The notes under the pieces are model-generated. The model was not told the origin of the DNA. It made no database searches and saw only the letters and a list, made by a program, of their open reading frames with translations. From an uncultured Elusimicrobia bacterium (lineage in GTDB: Bacteria; Elusimicrobiota; Elusimicrobia; Elusimicrobiales; UBA9959), in NCBI GenBank assembly GCA_903889965.1, contig CAISZM010000001.1:1389-65388 (forward strand): DNA of 64,000 nt, in the 5' to 3' direction. The translations under genes were made by a program, and so were the position numbers. Below, piece after piece: positions 8,537 to 17,693 of this stretch (positions within the stretch are counted from its first letter, which is position 1; every line of letters starts with the position of its first letter).

Positions 8537-10411
8537 TCAATTGAAGAACTGCATCAAGGCCGCCAGCGCCGGCAGCAGGATCGATCCCACCATCGCCTCT
8601 CCCGCCACCAGGCCCGAGGCCAGGGGCGTAGCGTAATGCCCGAAAGACCCGTTCTCCTCCGGCGAGAAATGGTGCCATACGGCCGAGATCACGCTGCCTA
8701 TGGCCATGCCGATGTTCAGGGTGGCCGGCAGGATAAGCGCGAAGCCCAGCGCCGCCGGTATCGGCACCCACCAGAAGCGGCTCACCTCGTGGCCCTTCTC
8801 GTTGGTCTTCTTGAAAGCGAGCAGCAGCTCGAAGAAGACGCCGATGAAGATGGCTATGATGGACGCCTCGAGCGCGCCGTGCGGGAGGAAGGACAGGCCT
8901 TTCTCCATCACGATGGCGAGGGTGGCTATCTTGAGGCCCGTGGGGGCGGCCAGCTGGCCCGGGTTCAGGCCTATGCCGTAGGTGCGCTCCAGCAAATTGA
9001 ACATGAACGGCGTCAGTATAGCGCCTATCGGTATCACTATCAGCTGGGCCAGTATCAGGGTCTTGAACTTGCCGCCCAGGCGCTGGGCCACCCAGAACGA
9101 GGGCACCACGTTCTCCGAGGTGGCCTGCGGGTTTGCGCTGATGTAGGCGGCGGTGAGGTTGGACCTGATCTGGGCCGGCCAGAGCAGGCCGAACATGAAC
9201 TGCGTGGCGTTGGCCATCAGCGAGACCGGCCCGGAGCCGGTGATACCCAGCACGCGCAGGCCGGCGATGATAAGGATGGGCTGGATGGCTACCGCCAGCA
9301 GCACCTGCTGCCAGGGCATGGAGAACCAGGAGCTGGTCATCCAGACCAGCAGCGTGACGGTGATGGCGATGCCGGTGATGGTCCACCAAAGAGGTATAGT
9401 CTCGTCGGCCAGGGACTTGAATTCGTGCTTCTCGAACTTTACCTTGTCCCGGTGCATGAAATGGAGGACCAGCGGGATTATGATGCTGGTCAGCGCGGCG
9501 GCTATCATCATGGCCGTGGCCGGCCACATCATCCACTGGACCACGTACTTGAAGTGGGAGGCGGCGCCGGCGAACTCGCCGGCTTTGCCGCAGGTGGTGT
9601 TCAGGAAATCCATTGCCTGCGCCTTCTTCGCGCCATCCAGGCCGCCCACTGAATTGAGAGTGCTCAGGCAGCTGCCGAAATTCTCCTGGGTCACTCCGGA
9701 GAGGGCGGAGTACTTGGCCACGGTCTCGCCGAAGGCGCTTACCAGCCAGGTGCCCAGCAGGCCGGAGAGGCCTACGGAGAGCGGCACCAGCATGCCTATG
9801 CCGCAGGCCGCGAATTCCGCCCCGAGCGCGATGTTCAGGGCGGAGTTGCCCACGATGGAGGGTATGACTCCCAGCCCGTCGCGCAGGAAGGTCAGGAAGC
9901 CGGCCACGCCGGTGCTGACCAGCAGCACGCCGCGCTTGGTCTTGGTGATGGCCGTGGCCTTGGGGTCAGTCAGCGTCTGTGCCACGCTGAGCGTCGCCTT
10001 GCTGACCGGCCACGGTATGGAATGGTCCTTCAGTATGGAGCTCCTCGGGAGGATACCCATGAACACGCCGAGGTTTGCGGAGACGAGCAGCCAGATGAAC
10101 ATCTGCCAGGTGGTCAGGTTGAAGCCGATATTGCGGCCGAAGACGTTCTGTATATAGTAGAAAGCAGCGAGGATGACTACCATGAAGGCTATGCTGGACA
10201 CGAGGCCTATCATGGTCTGGATGATATTCAGCTCGATGGCGAGCGCCTGGCCCTCCATGCGCTTGCCCAGCACGTAGGCGGCCAGGAACATGCCGCCCAT
10301 GGTGAGGTCCACGCTCTGCCCGAGCTTCAGCGTCACGTAAGGGGTAGCCGCCGCGGCTATGGCGCATAACAAGCCGCCCAGCAGTAAAAGCCGCCAGTTC
10401 AATTCTTTCAT
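8537..10411 (-). CDS. OPT-family (oligopeptide transporter superfamily) membrane transporter
   Basis: 624 aa, very hydrophobic with many TM helices. Segments resemble bacterial OPT proteins as I remember them, for example LASGLVAGEAMVGSILLP near the C-terminus. Confidence 0.6.
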   Translation of the reverse strand: MKELNWRLLLLGGLLCAIAAAATPYVTLKLGQSVDLTMGGMFLAAYVLGKRMEGQALAIELNIIQTMIGLVSSIAFMVVILAAFYYIQNVFGRNIGFNLTTWQMFIWLLVSANLGVFMGILPRSSILKDHSIPWPVSKATLSVAQTLTDPKATAITKTKRGVLLVSTGVAGFLTFLRDGLGVIPSIVGNSALNIALGAEFAACGIGMLVPLSVGLSGLLGTWLVSAFGETVAKYSALSGVTQENFGSCLSTLNSVGGLDGAKKAQAMDFLNTTCGKAGEFAGAASHFKYVVQWMMWPATAMMIAAALTSIIIPLVLHFMHRDKVKFEKHEFKSLADETIPLWWTITGIAITVTLLVWMTSSWFSMPWQQVLLAVAIQPILIIAGLRVLGITGSGPVSLMANATQFMFGLLWPAQIRSNLTAAYISANPQATSENVVPSFWVAQRLGGKFKTLILAQLIVIPIGAILTPFMFNLLERTYGIGLNPGQLAAPTGLKIATLAIVMEKGLSFLPHGALEASIIAIFIGVFFELLLAFKKTNEKGHEVSRFWWVPIPAALGFALILPATLNIGMAIGSVISAVWHHFSPEENGSFGHYATPLASGLVAGEAMVGSILLPALAALMQFFN

Positions 10412-10663
10412 GTTGTCACCTCATGGTCTCGGCACGTATAATGATCGGAAGTGGATCGTACAATTCCGCGAAACACTCTTCCTTATAAAAAGTATTCCCG
10501 CCTAGTATGTTTACTTATGATACAAAAAGAGGACCGCTTGCCGAAAGGATGGCCTGTTCCGGCCTTCACCCGGAAAAACAGGCCGGCTGAAAGTTGTTAA
10601 AATAGATATAGTCTCGAAAAAGGTCGGAAACATGCAGGGACAAATTAAGATGACGGTTTTATT

Positions 10664-12154
10664 ATGAACGATCGTTTCGCGGTCCGCGCCCTGCTCGCCG
10701 CCGGCTCCGTCATGGTGGTGCTGGCGGCGGCGCCTTACCGCATGTTCGACCTCGACCGCTTCTTCGCGCCCAAAGAACTGGTGCTGCACGCGGCCACGCT
10801 CGCCCTGGCGCTCCTGAGCCTGCGCGGCGTGAAGGCGCTCAAATTTAACCGTATCGATATGCTGCTCGTCCTGTACCTGGCACTCAGCTTCGCCAGCGCG
10901 CTGTTCGCGGCCGACCACTGGCTATCCGCGCGCGCTCTGGCGATCACGCTCTCCAGCGCGGGATTGTTCTGGGCCTCGCGCTCCGCCGCGGATGCCGGAG
11001 CTCGCCGCACGATAGTGGCGGCCGCGGCTGGGGCGGCGGTGATCGGCGCCGCCATGTCGCTGGCGCAGGCTTACGGCATATCAAGCGGCTTCTTCAGCCT
11101 CAATCGCATCCCGGGGGGGACCCTGGGCAACCGTAATTTCATGGCGCACCTTGCCGTCCTCGGAGTTCCGGCTCTCATCCTCGCCGTTCTCACCGCGCGC
11201 CGCTCCTGGGCCGCGGCCGCCGGCGCCGTGGGGCTGGCGATCATCACGGGCGCACTGGTGCTTTCACGCTCGCGCGCGGCCTGCCTGGGCCTGGCCGCCG
11301 GGGCGGCTGTGCTGGCTTTCGGGCTCTGGCGGGGGCGCAGCCTCTGGAACGATACGAAAACGGCGTTCCGGTTGAGGTCACTGGTGCTCGCCGCCGCGGC
11401 GGGGGTGCTGGCCGCGCTGCTCCTGCCGAACACGCTGGAGTGGAAGAGCGAATCCCCGTACCTCGACACGGTTACAGGCCTGGTGAACTACCACGGGGGG
11501 AGCGGACACGGGCGCCTCGTCCAGTACTCGAGAACGCTGCACATAGCGGCCGTGCATCCGCTGCTTGGCGTGGGGCCGGGCAATTGGGCGGTCGCTTACC
11601 CGAAGTACGTCGTGCTTTACGATCCCTCTATAGACTACGCTACCGGGACGACCATAAACCCGTGGCCGAGCAGCGACTGGATGGCGATAGTCTCCGAGCG
11701 CGGTGTGCCGGCGCTGGCCGCGATACTGCTTGTATTCATCGGTTTGCTCGCCGGCGCATGGCGGCGCGCCGCTCAGGCCGCGAGCTCAGGCGAATATCTG
11801 GAAGGGCTTACGCTGGCGGCTACCCTGGCGGCGACAGCGGTGGTCGGGTGCTTCGACGCCGTGCAGCAGCTCCCGGCGCCCTCGTTCATAGCCTGGGCGC
11901 TTTTCGGCGGGCTCGCGGCGTCCTCTCCGGCTCTGCGGTCGGTGGCTCTCTCGCAGCGAGGCCGGCGGCGGCTGGCGGCGTCGGTGGCGCTAATCGGGGC
12001 GGCGGCGGTGCTGCGCAGTTCGGGGCAGGTGGCCGCGATGGCTGTCTTCAGCAAGGCGCGTTCGGCAGCGCAATGCACTAAAGCGGCGCGGCTGGACCCC
12101 GGCAATGCCAGGATCCGTTCGCGCTGCGCGGCCCTGCGGGAGAGGGGATACTAG
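10664..12154 (+). CDS. O-antigen ligase/polymerase-like (Wzy_C family) membrane protein
   Basis: 496 aa, polytopic. Characteristic loop region LVLSRSRAACLGLAAGAAV and HPLLGVGPGNWAVAY. Confidence 0.65.
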   Translation: MNDRFAVRALLAAGSVMVVLAAAPYRMFDLDRFFAPKELVLHAATLALALLSLRGVKALKFNRIDMLLVLYLALSFASALFAADHWLSARALAITLSSAGLFWASRSAADAGARRTIVAAAAGAAVIGAAMSLAQAYGISSGFFSLNRIPGGTLGNRNFMAHLAVLGVPALILAVLTARRSWAAAAGAVGLAIITGALVLSRSRAACLGLAAGAAVLAFGLWRGRSLWNDTKTAFRLRSLVLAAAAGVLAALLLPNTLEWKSESPYLDTVTGLVNYHGGSGHGRLVQYSRTLHIAAVHPLLGVGPGNWAVAYPKYVVLYDPSIDYATGTTINPWPSSDWMAIVSERGVPALAAILLVFIGLLAGAWRRAAQAASSGEYLEGLTLAATLAATAVVGCFDAVQQLPAPSFIAWALFGGLAASSPALRSVALSQRGRRRLAASVALIGAAAVLRSSGQVAAMAVFSKARSAAQCTKAARLDPGNARIRSRCAALRERGY

Positions 12155-12271
12155 GCCGTGCCGCTGTCCGGGATCACCCGGCTGTAAAATGCTTAAATGA
12201 GTTAGGGGAAAAGGTTAACGATCTGTCCCATCTCCAGTGTAAGGCAACCGGTATAACACGGGAGGCGGCAT

Positions 12272-12685
12272 ATGAAAACTGTAATTGCGGTAATAGGCCT
12301 GGCATTGATGCCTTTTGGTATATTCGGGTGCGGTCCTGAAAAAGCGGTGGACAATATCGATCTACCCTTCATAAACGACCCGGAGGTGATAGGCGACTGG
12401 GTCAGTGTGGACTTCGTAGTCGAACCCTCGCTTTTTAAACCCCGCAAAAAAAACTCCGCGGATGATTTCTACCTGGAGGGGCTTACCTTCCTGCCGGCTG
12501 GCAAGATGCCGCAAAATTATTGGACCTGGACCAAGGGCGTGGTGATGCATAGCGGGGATAAGACCGCGAGCGCGTACACTATTAAAGAAATTGCCGGCCA
12601 CACATACATGTTCTTTGAGTGGAAGAGCATCGATTACATTATCCACCACATGAAACCTAAATACTACGTGCTGGTGAAGAAATAG
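12272..12685 (+). CDS. Hypothetical lipoprotein (137 aa)
   Basis: Lipobox-like N-terminus MKTVIAVIGLALMPFGIFGCG. RBS GGGAGG upstream. Lower G+C than the flanks. Confidence 0.5.
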   Translation: MKTVIAVIGLALMPFGIFGCGPEKAVDNIDLPFINDPEVIGDWVSVDFVVEPSLFKPRKKNSADDFYLEGLTFLPAGKMPQNYWTWTKGVVMHSGDKTASAYTIKEIAGHTYMFFEWKSIDYIIHHMKPKYYVLVKK

Positions 12686-12890
12686 CTGCCCGGTGCGGCA
12701 GGCAGCCGCGAGAGCGCGGAACACCAGGGGCAGCCGCCTGTAACTAGTTTGAAGCGCAGGTTTTTAACTTTTGGCTATTGATCCTTAGAATGGTCAACTA
12801 GTTGAGGGCGGAGTTTGAAAAAAAGAGTCATATGTGATGCGCAAGCGGGACGGTGGATAAAGTTTTATTTTAATATGACAGGAGGTTTAT

Positions 12891-13469
12891 ATGGACGTGA
12901 AAGAGGCTATCGAGAAGAGGCGGTCTTACAGGGCTTTTATGCCGGTGGAAGTTACGGACGGGATGATAAAGGAATTGGCTGCGGCTGCGCAACTGACGGC
13001 TTCGTGCTTTAACAACCAGCCGTGGAAATTCGTCTTTGTACGGTCGAAGGAGGCTCTCGCTAAGGTCCATGATTGCCTGAGCAAAAACAACGACTGGGTA
13101 AAGGACGCCTCGGTAATAATAGCCGCTTTTGCCCGGAAAGATTACGACTGCGTGATAAAAGAGAGGGAGTATTATCTTTTCGACCTGGGGATGGCGGTTT
13201 CGGCCATGCAGCTGCGCGCCACCGAGCTCGGGCTGGTGGCGCATCCCATAGCGGGTTTCGATAATGAAAAAGTGAGGCTGGCGCTGGGGATACCGGAAGG
13301 GAATATGGTTATCACCTTGGTGAACCTGGGTAAAAAAAGCGATGATATGAGATCCCTTACGCCGCAGCAGGCGGGGATGGAAGGCGGGCGGCCGCCGCGG
13401 CTGGCGCTCGAGAATATTTACAGCATGGATTCATACGACGAAAAACTGGCTGTAAAACCCGCGCATTGA
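12891..13469 (+). CDS. Nitroreductase family protein
   Basis: AIEKRRSYRAF near the N-terminus, CFNNQPWKFVFV, and GLVAHPIAGFD. 192 aa, typical of the family. Confidence 0.8.
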   Translation: MDVKEAIEKRRSYRAFMPVEVTDGMIKELAAAAQLTASCFNNQPWKFVFVRSKEALAKVHDCLSKNNDWVKDASVIIAAFARKDYDCVIKEREYYLFDLGMAVSAMQLRATELGLVAHPIAGFDNEKVRLALGIPEGNMVITLVNLGKKSDDMRSLTPQQAGMEGGRPPRLALENIYSMDSYDEKLAVKPAH

Positions 13470-13559
13470 AGTAATGAAACGGCGCGGGTACCTTTTGGCG
13501 CAACTTTGCCGGTGCTTTTTTGTTTGGTATAGTTAGAGCAAATAGCGGGGAGGTATATT

Positions 13560-13937
13560 ATGTCCACTGAGGGGAAAAAACGGCATGGCTGCTTGACGGC
13601 CTGGCTGGTTCTTATGATCGTTATGAATTCCCTGGCGGCTCTTGTTTATCTGCTGGGAAACGCTATTCTCCGCAGATCGTTCCCCAACGCCCCCGGGTGG
13701 GTGTTTTCCGTTCTTCTTATGGTGAGCGTGTTTAACCTGGTGTGCGCTATCGCCCTGTTTAAATGGAGGAAGTGGGGCTTCTGGGGTTTTTTAGCATCCA
13801 GCGTGATAGGGGTTGTTATCAATAGCAAGATGGGCTTTGGTTATACCGAGACCATTTCCGGCTTTACCGGCGTATTTATTCTGTACGGGATACTGCAAAT
13901 CGGCAAGGACAAAAAAGGGTGGCCCCAGTTGGAATAG
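13560..13937 (+). CDS. Hypothetical small membrane protein (125 aa, about 4 TM)
   Basis: Hydrophobic helices (LTAWLVLMIVMNSLAALVYLL, VFSVLLMVSVFNLVCAIALF and others). RBS GGGAGG upstream. Confidence 0.45.
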   Translation: MSTEGKKRHGCLTAWLVLMIVMNSLAALVYLLGNAILRRSFPNAPGWVFSVLLMVSVFNLVCAIALFKWRKWGFWGFLASSVIGVVINSKMGFGYTETISGFTGVFILYGILQIGKDKKGWPQLE

Positions 13938-13986
13938 ATCGAACATGTGTGAAAAATTGCGGGATCCGGGCAAGAGGTTACAGACG

Positions 13987-14535
13987 ATGAGCGAACATTT
14001 TCCCACTTTTATTAAAATCTCAAAAGGCAGCAGGAGCCTTTTTACATGGTTCCTTCACGCGGGTGAGGGTCCGGGCGCCCTGTCCTATTTTGCCATAGCG
14101 CTGCGCAGCACGCTCTGGACCACGGTCTTATGGGTTCCGGGTCTCGTTAGTTTATTCGGCTTCCTCGGTAACACCGGTTCTGAGGCATTGCTGTTCCTTC
14201 CTGTTATCTTTTTTCCATTAGGGTTCCTTATCGCCTATATCGCCTCCGAAAATTCAACTGGCATGCGGGATGCGCTGCTCAGGAGTCTCAGTTCGGTCGC
14301 GATCTTCGTTGTTATAAATGTCCTGCTATTCTTTTCGTTAGTTATACTCCCGTCTGCATATGCGTTTGTCATGATTCTGCATGTTCTTTCTTATATGCCC
14401 CCGGATAATCAGGAGGCGTATATCGGGCTGGTTTGGTTTGGCAGTTTGTTAGTGGCCTTGGGTTTCCTCTTTTTCGCGGGTTTAGGCGGAGCGGCTCGCT
14501 TAATGTATGACCGCCGCCGGGCAAACCGTAAGTAA
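13987..14535 (+). CDS. Hypothetical membrane protein (182 aa)
   Basis: The ORF is open from 13813 but overlaps the previous gene. ATG 13987 (MSEHFPTF...) is the first non-overlapping start. It has several TM helices and a basic C-terminus. Confidence 0.4.
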   Translation: MSEHFPTFIKISKGSRSLFTWFLHAGEGPGALSYFAIALRSTLWTTVLWVPGLVSLFGFLGNTGSEALLFLPVIFFPLGFLIAYIASENSTGMRDALLRSLSSVAIFVVINVLLFFSLVILPSAYAFVMILHVLSYMPPDNQEAYIGLVWFGSLLVALGFLFFAGLGGAARLMYDRRRANRK

Positions 14536-14752
14536 AGATGCCGGCCTTTTCCAAGTAACAGAGAATAAAAACCCGCCTTTTTAGTCCTGATAAAAAACTG
14601 TCGGCCAAAGTACCTAAAACGGATAGGCCAAAAAACAAATCCTCTTTGGGCCCTCCTGCTCATGCTTAATATGTACAGAGTGGTTACAATATATAAGCGG
14701 TAATAATGTTCGTTCGTAATTGATGGAGCAGGATTAGGAGATAAAAAACAAT

Positions 14753-15619
14753 ATGGTGAAAATACTATTCACGGCGGTCCTGGCGGTGGCGGCCCAGGGA
14801 GTATACGCGGCCGATTTCAACGATTTACAGGCCCTCAAAGCGAATAATATCGCTAAGGCGGCTAATGAAGGCGCTGTCCTGTCCGTCCCCGCGGCCGATA
14901 ATGCCGCCGGCGCGCCTGCCAAACAGGTAGAGTGGGTAGCCATCAACGGCGGTAAGTTCATGATGGGCAACGACAGCCTGGCCGAGGCCAAGCCGAGCCA
15001 CGAGGTTACCGTTAAAGCCTTCGAGATGTCCAAATCCGTGGTGACGGTAGAACAATACGCGGAATGCGTTAGCAAAGGCGTGTGCTCCGAGCCGGTAACC
15101 GCCGACATGGACAATGAGAATTTCTGCAACTGGGGCTTGGCGGACCGCAAGGATAACCCCGTGAATTGCCTTGATTGGGACCAGGCGAACCAGTACGCCA
15201 GGTTCAAGGGAGCGCGGCTGCCCACCGAAGCGGAATGGGAATACGCGGCCAAGAGCGGCGGCAAGGACCAGGCTTATCCCTGGGGCAATGACGCCCCCAA
15301 CTGCGACAATGTCGTGATGTATGCCGGCGCTTACTGCAGCCGTATCTACACGGCGCCGGTGTGCTCGAAGCCCGCCGGGAATACCGCGCAGGGTTTGTGC
15401 GATATGGCCGGGAACGTGTGGCAGTGGGTCGAGGACACTTACCAGGGTTCGTACAAAGGCGCGCCGGTCGACGGCAGCGCGGTAGAGGGCCAGGGCCTGC
15501 GCGTGATGCGCGGCGGCGAGTTCCCCTGGTGGACACCCAGCTATTTCCGTACCGATGACCGCTACTCCATGGAACGCGGTTCCCGCAGTTCCTATGTCGG
15601 TTTCCGCATCGCGAGATAA
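14753..15619 (+). CDS. Formylglycine-generating-enzyme (SUMF1/FGE-sulfatase domain) family protein, secreted
   Basis: Signal peptide MVKILFTAVLAVAAQGVYA. Motifs: HEVTVKAFEMSKSVVTVEQYAECV, NPVNCLDWDQANQYARFKGARLPTEAEWEYAA, GNVWQWVEDTY, RVMRGG, YVGFRIAR. Confidence 0.8.
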   Translation: MVKILFTAVLAVAAQGVYAADFNDLQALKANNIAKAANEGAVLSVPAADNAAGAPAKQVEWVAINGGKFMMGNDSLAEAKPSHEVTVKAFEMSKSVVTVEQYAECVSKGVCSEPVTADMDNENFCNWGLADRKDNPVNCLDWDQANQYARFKGARLPTEAEWEYAAKSGGKDQAYPWGNDAPNCDNVVMYAGAYCSRIYTAPVCSKPAGNTAQGLCDMAGNVWQWVEDTYQGSYKGAPVDGSAVEGQGLRVMRGGEFPWWTPSYFRTDDRYSMERGSRSSYVGFRIAR

Positions 15620-15654
15620 ACCAAGGTAAAGAAAAGTTTATTTACCTTTTCATG

Positions 15655-15691
15655 AAAAAAGACCCCGGCCGGTATGCCGGGGTCTTTTTTT
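15655..15691. terminator. Bidirectional rho-independent terminator between convergent genes
   Basis: A-run, then GACCCCGGC (15661-15669), a 6-nt loop, GCCGGGGTC (15676-15684), then TTTTTTT. Confidence 0.8.
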
Positions 15692-15739
15692 GTCAGTCCG
15701 TAAGAGGGGGAAAAGGTGTCTGTTCCCTTTTATCCCTTA

Positions 15740-15979
15740 TTACGGCTTCTGAGGAGGAATATCCTCGGGCGGTTCGGTCTGAGGCGGAATATCCGGGGAT
15801 GGTTCGGCGTGTATGTATTTAACTTTGGCCGGATTCTTCGCGTTCGTTGCCCCTATACCGCACCTGGGGCAGCGGCGCAGGCAATCTTTGTACGTGTTGG
15901 CGGGCGGAACATTGTTAGCGTTTACCGGGCCCATGGCCTTGCCGCAGCCGGGGCACCGCAGTCTGGGTAATGTGATCAT
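15740..15979 (-). CDS. Hypothetical small zinc-ribbon protein (79 aa)
   Basis: CPGCGK...CPRCG spacing typical of a 4-Cys zinc ribbon, with a Pro-rich repeat tail (PDIPPQTEPPEDIPPQKP). Confidence 0.4.
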   Translation of the reverse strand: MITLPRLRCPGCGKAMGPVNANNVPPANTYKDCLRRCPRCGIGATNAKNPAKVKYIHAEPSPDIPPQTEPPEDIPPQKP

Positions 15980-16015
15980 ATTTTAATTTTCGCGGGCTCC
16001 TTCCGCTTTTTCCTC

Positions 16016-16375
16016 CTACCTTTGGACGTGCAGGCGGAACAGTTCCCAGAAGAGCGCGGCTAAAATAAGCAGCGCTATCAGGATCGTCCTGGCGCGGGCC
16101 GATATGCCGGACGGCTTTATGGGCGCCGCGGAGGAGCCGGCGGACCCGCCGGGGGCTCCGGCCTGGTGTTTTATGTTCAACTTTATCTCAAAATGTTTCT
16201 TGACGCTGACATGGCTCCCCTGCCCGGACGCAACCGCGCCGGCGGCCGCGGTTTCAGCCGCTGAACGGGCGGTTTCCAGCTGGCGGCGCGCGATCTCGCG
16301 GTATTTTTCCGGTATATCGTTAATATTGCGGTATTCCACGCCTTCGATGGTTATCTTGAAGTCTTCACCGTCCAT
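16016..16375 (-). CDS. Hypothetical tail-anchored membrane protein (119 aa)
   Basis: Soluble N-terminal part, Gly/Ala/Ser-rich linker, and a C-terminal TM helix ILIALLILAALFWELF. No family recognised. Confidence 0.35.
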   Translation of the reverse strand: MDGEDFKITIEGVEYRNINDIPEKYREIARRQLETARSAAETAAAGAVASGQGSHVSVKKHFEIKLNIKHQAGAPGGSAGSSAAPIKPSGISARARTILIALLILAALFWELFRLHVQR

Positions 16376-16691
16376 ATAGCGCTATTATACCATACCGTTT
16401 TTCCATAAGATGTTTGCGCCGGTACGTTGTTTTCGGCAGCAAAAGGAATCTTGAGCATTCCCATGCGCCCGGGAAATCCCAAGGCGAAGAGCCTGCGCCA
16501 TGCCGCCCCAGGCGGAAGGCAAAAGATCCGCGTTGTTTCTAACCTGCGGGCCGCCATGGGCCTTAAGGGTAAATTATAGCGGCCAAAAAAATCCCGTTGC
16601 CGGGCCTTACGGCCCTTTAAAAGCCGCGGTTCCTGAGGTAAATTATAGGCGGGCGGGTCGTTTATCCGCAGCCTCTCACGGAGGACCATAA

Positions 16692-17318
16692 ATGAATAGT
16701 AAATCGATAGCGCTGCTTCTTTGTTTTGGTTTTGTCGCCTCGGCCAGGGCCGAAATAAATTTTGACAAGGGAGTCTCCACTAAAGACGCCGCCTCCGCCT
16801 TCAATGAGCGTAAAGCGGCGCCGCTCCCCGAAGCGGCTTTCCCGGAAAAAATATCATCCCGTTTCGACACTTCGGGGTGCTCGGTCCAGGCTGAAACCCG
16901 CCAGCAGGGCCCTGTCTCCGTGACCGTAACGCCCATACCCCGCAATAACTGCTGGAATCTGGGCGATGGCAATATATCCGTAGAATACAAATGGACCCAG
17001 GCCAACAGCTCCGTTCCGGAAAAAAACAATATCGGCTTCTGGTTTTCCCTGAATAGCGCGGCGCAGTTTAAGAAGGCGTCCTCCTATAATTGCAAACCCG
17101 CCCCGCAGGGCGGGTATAGTCCCGACACCAGCGGCAATTCCTATTATGTCTGCGCGGCGTCGGCTTATTTCCAGTTCAGCGCCTACCCGCGCCTCCTGGA
17201 TTTCGCTTACAACCAGGGCGGCGGCCGGAACGTGTGGGATACGCAGGTAGCGGTTTCCCTGGACGACAACGGGAATTGGGACAGCCTGAACGGGAAGAAT
17301 TATTCATTTCGTTTCTGA
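16692..17318 (+). CDS. Hypothetical secreted protein (208 aa)
   Basis: Signal peptide MNSKSIALLLCFGFVASARA. RBS ACGGAGG upstream. No family recognised. Confidence 0.5.
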   Translation: MNSKSIALLLCFGFVASARAEINFDKGVSTKDAASAFNERKAAPLPEAAFPEKISSRFDTSGCSVQAETRQQGPVSVTVTPIPRNNCWNLGDGNISVEYKWTQANSSVPEKNNIGFWFSLNSAAQFKKASSYNCKPAPQGGYSPDTSGNSYYVCAASAYFQFSAYPRLLDFAYNQGGGRNVWDTQVAVSLDDNGNWDSLNGKNYSFRF

Positions 17319-17693
17319 TAAACCCGGCGCCAGCAGTTGCCAAAGTCCTTATCGGGCTTGCGATGAAACCTACGCACGGAAAGCCGGCAGATGAGAAATC
17401 GTGAACAGGCCGGCCCGGGAATCCCCTCCGAGGTTCACGGATGCTTTCGCGAAATGAGCCGCGAAAACAGCGCTGAGATATAAGGTGTAAAACACATAGT
17501 ATCTTTGCGTGTCCATACTAGGCGGTATGCTCGGCCTTTTAGTATTATTGAGTCTATTCCGGGCACCAGGCAGGGGGAAAACCTGGCATTAAAGACGCGG
17601 ACACGGGGATGTTTAACCGGTCCGGCTCCTGTAAAAATATCAGCCAGCATACGCGGCGCAGGCGAATTCTACATTACCCGCTAAGGACCATAC

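Noticed and set aside
8480-10157. Long ORFs 8480-9652(+), 8520-9536(-, other frame) and 9153-10157(+) inside the OPT transporter gene
   Set aside because: They are alternative or antisense frames of a 624-aa polytopic transporter gene. Their Arg/His/Pro/Gly-rich translations have no domain resemblance.
16568-16648. 12-nt perfect direct repeat GGTAAATTATAG (16568-16579 and 16637-16648)
   Set aside because: Similar TAAATTATA/TATAAT-like strings occur before other genes, for example near 45555. These are most simply duplicated -10-type promoter elements rather than a novel repeat.
17348-17395. CTTATC...GATGAG stem with GATGAAACC inside, superficially like a SAM-I (S-box) P1 region upstream of a SAM methyltransferase
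   Set aside because: The enclosed segment is only ~35 nt and lacks the four-way junction and conserved GA/kink-turn elements. I kept it only as part of the generic hairpin-rich region.
17435-17650. 71-aa minus-strand ORF in the long intergenic region
   Set aside because: It has no Shine-Dalgarno sequence, an odd composition and no recognisable features. It is probably a chance ORF in an A/T-richer spacer.
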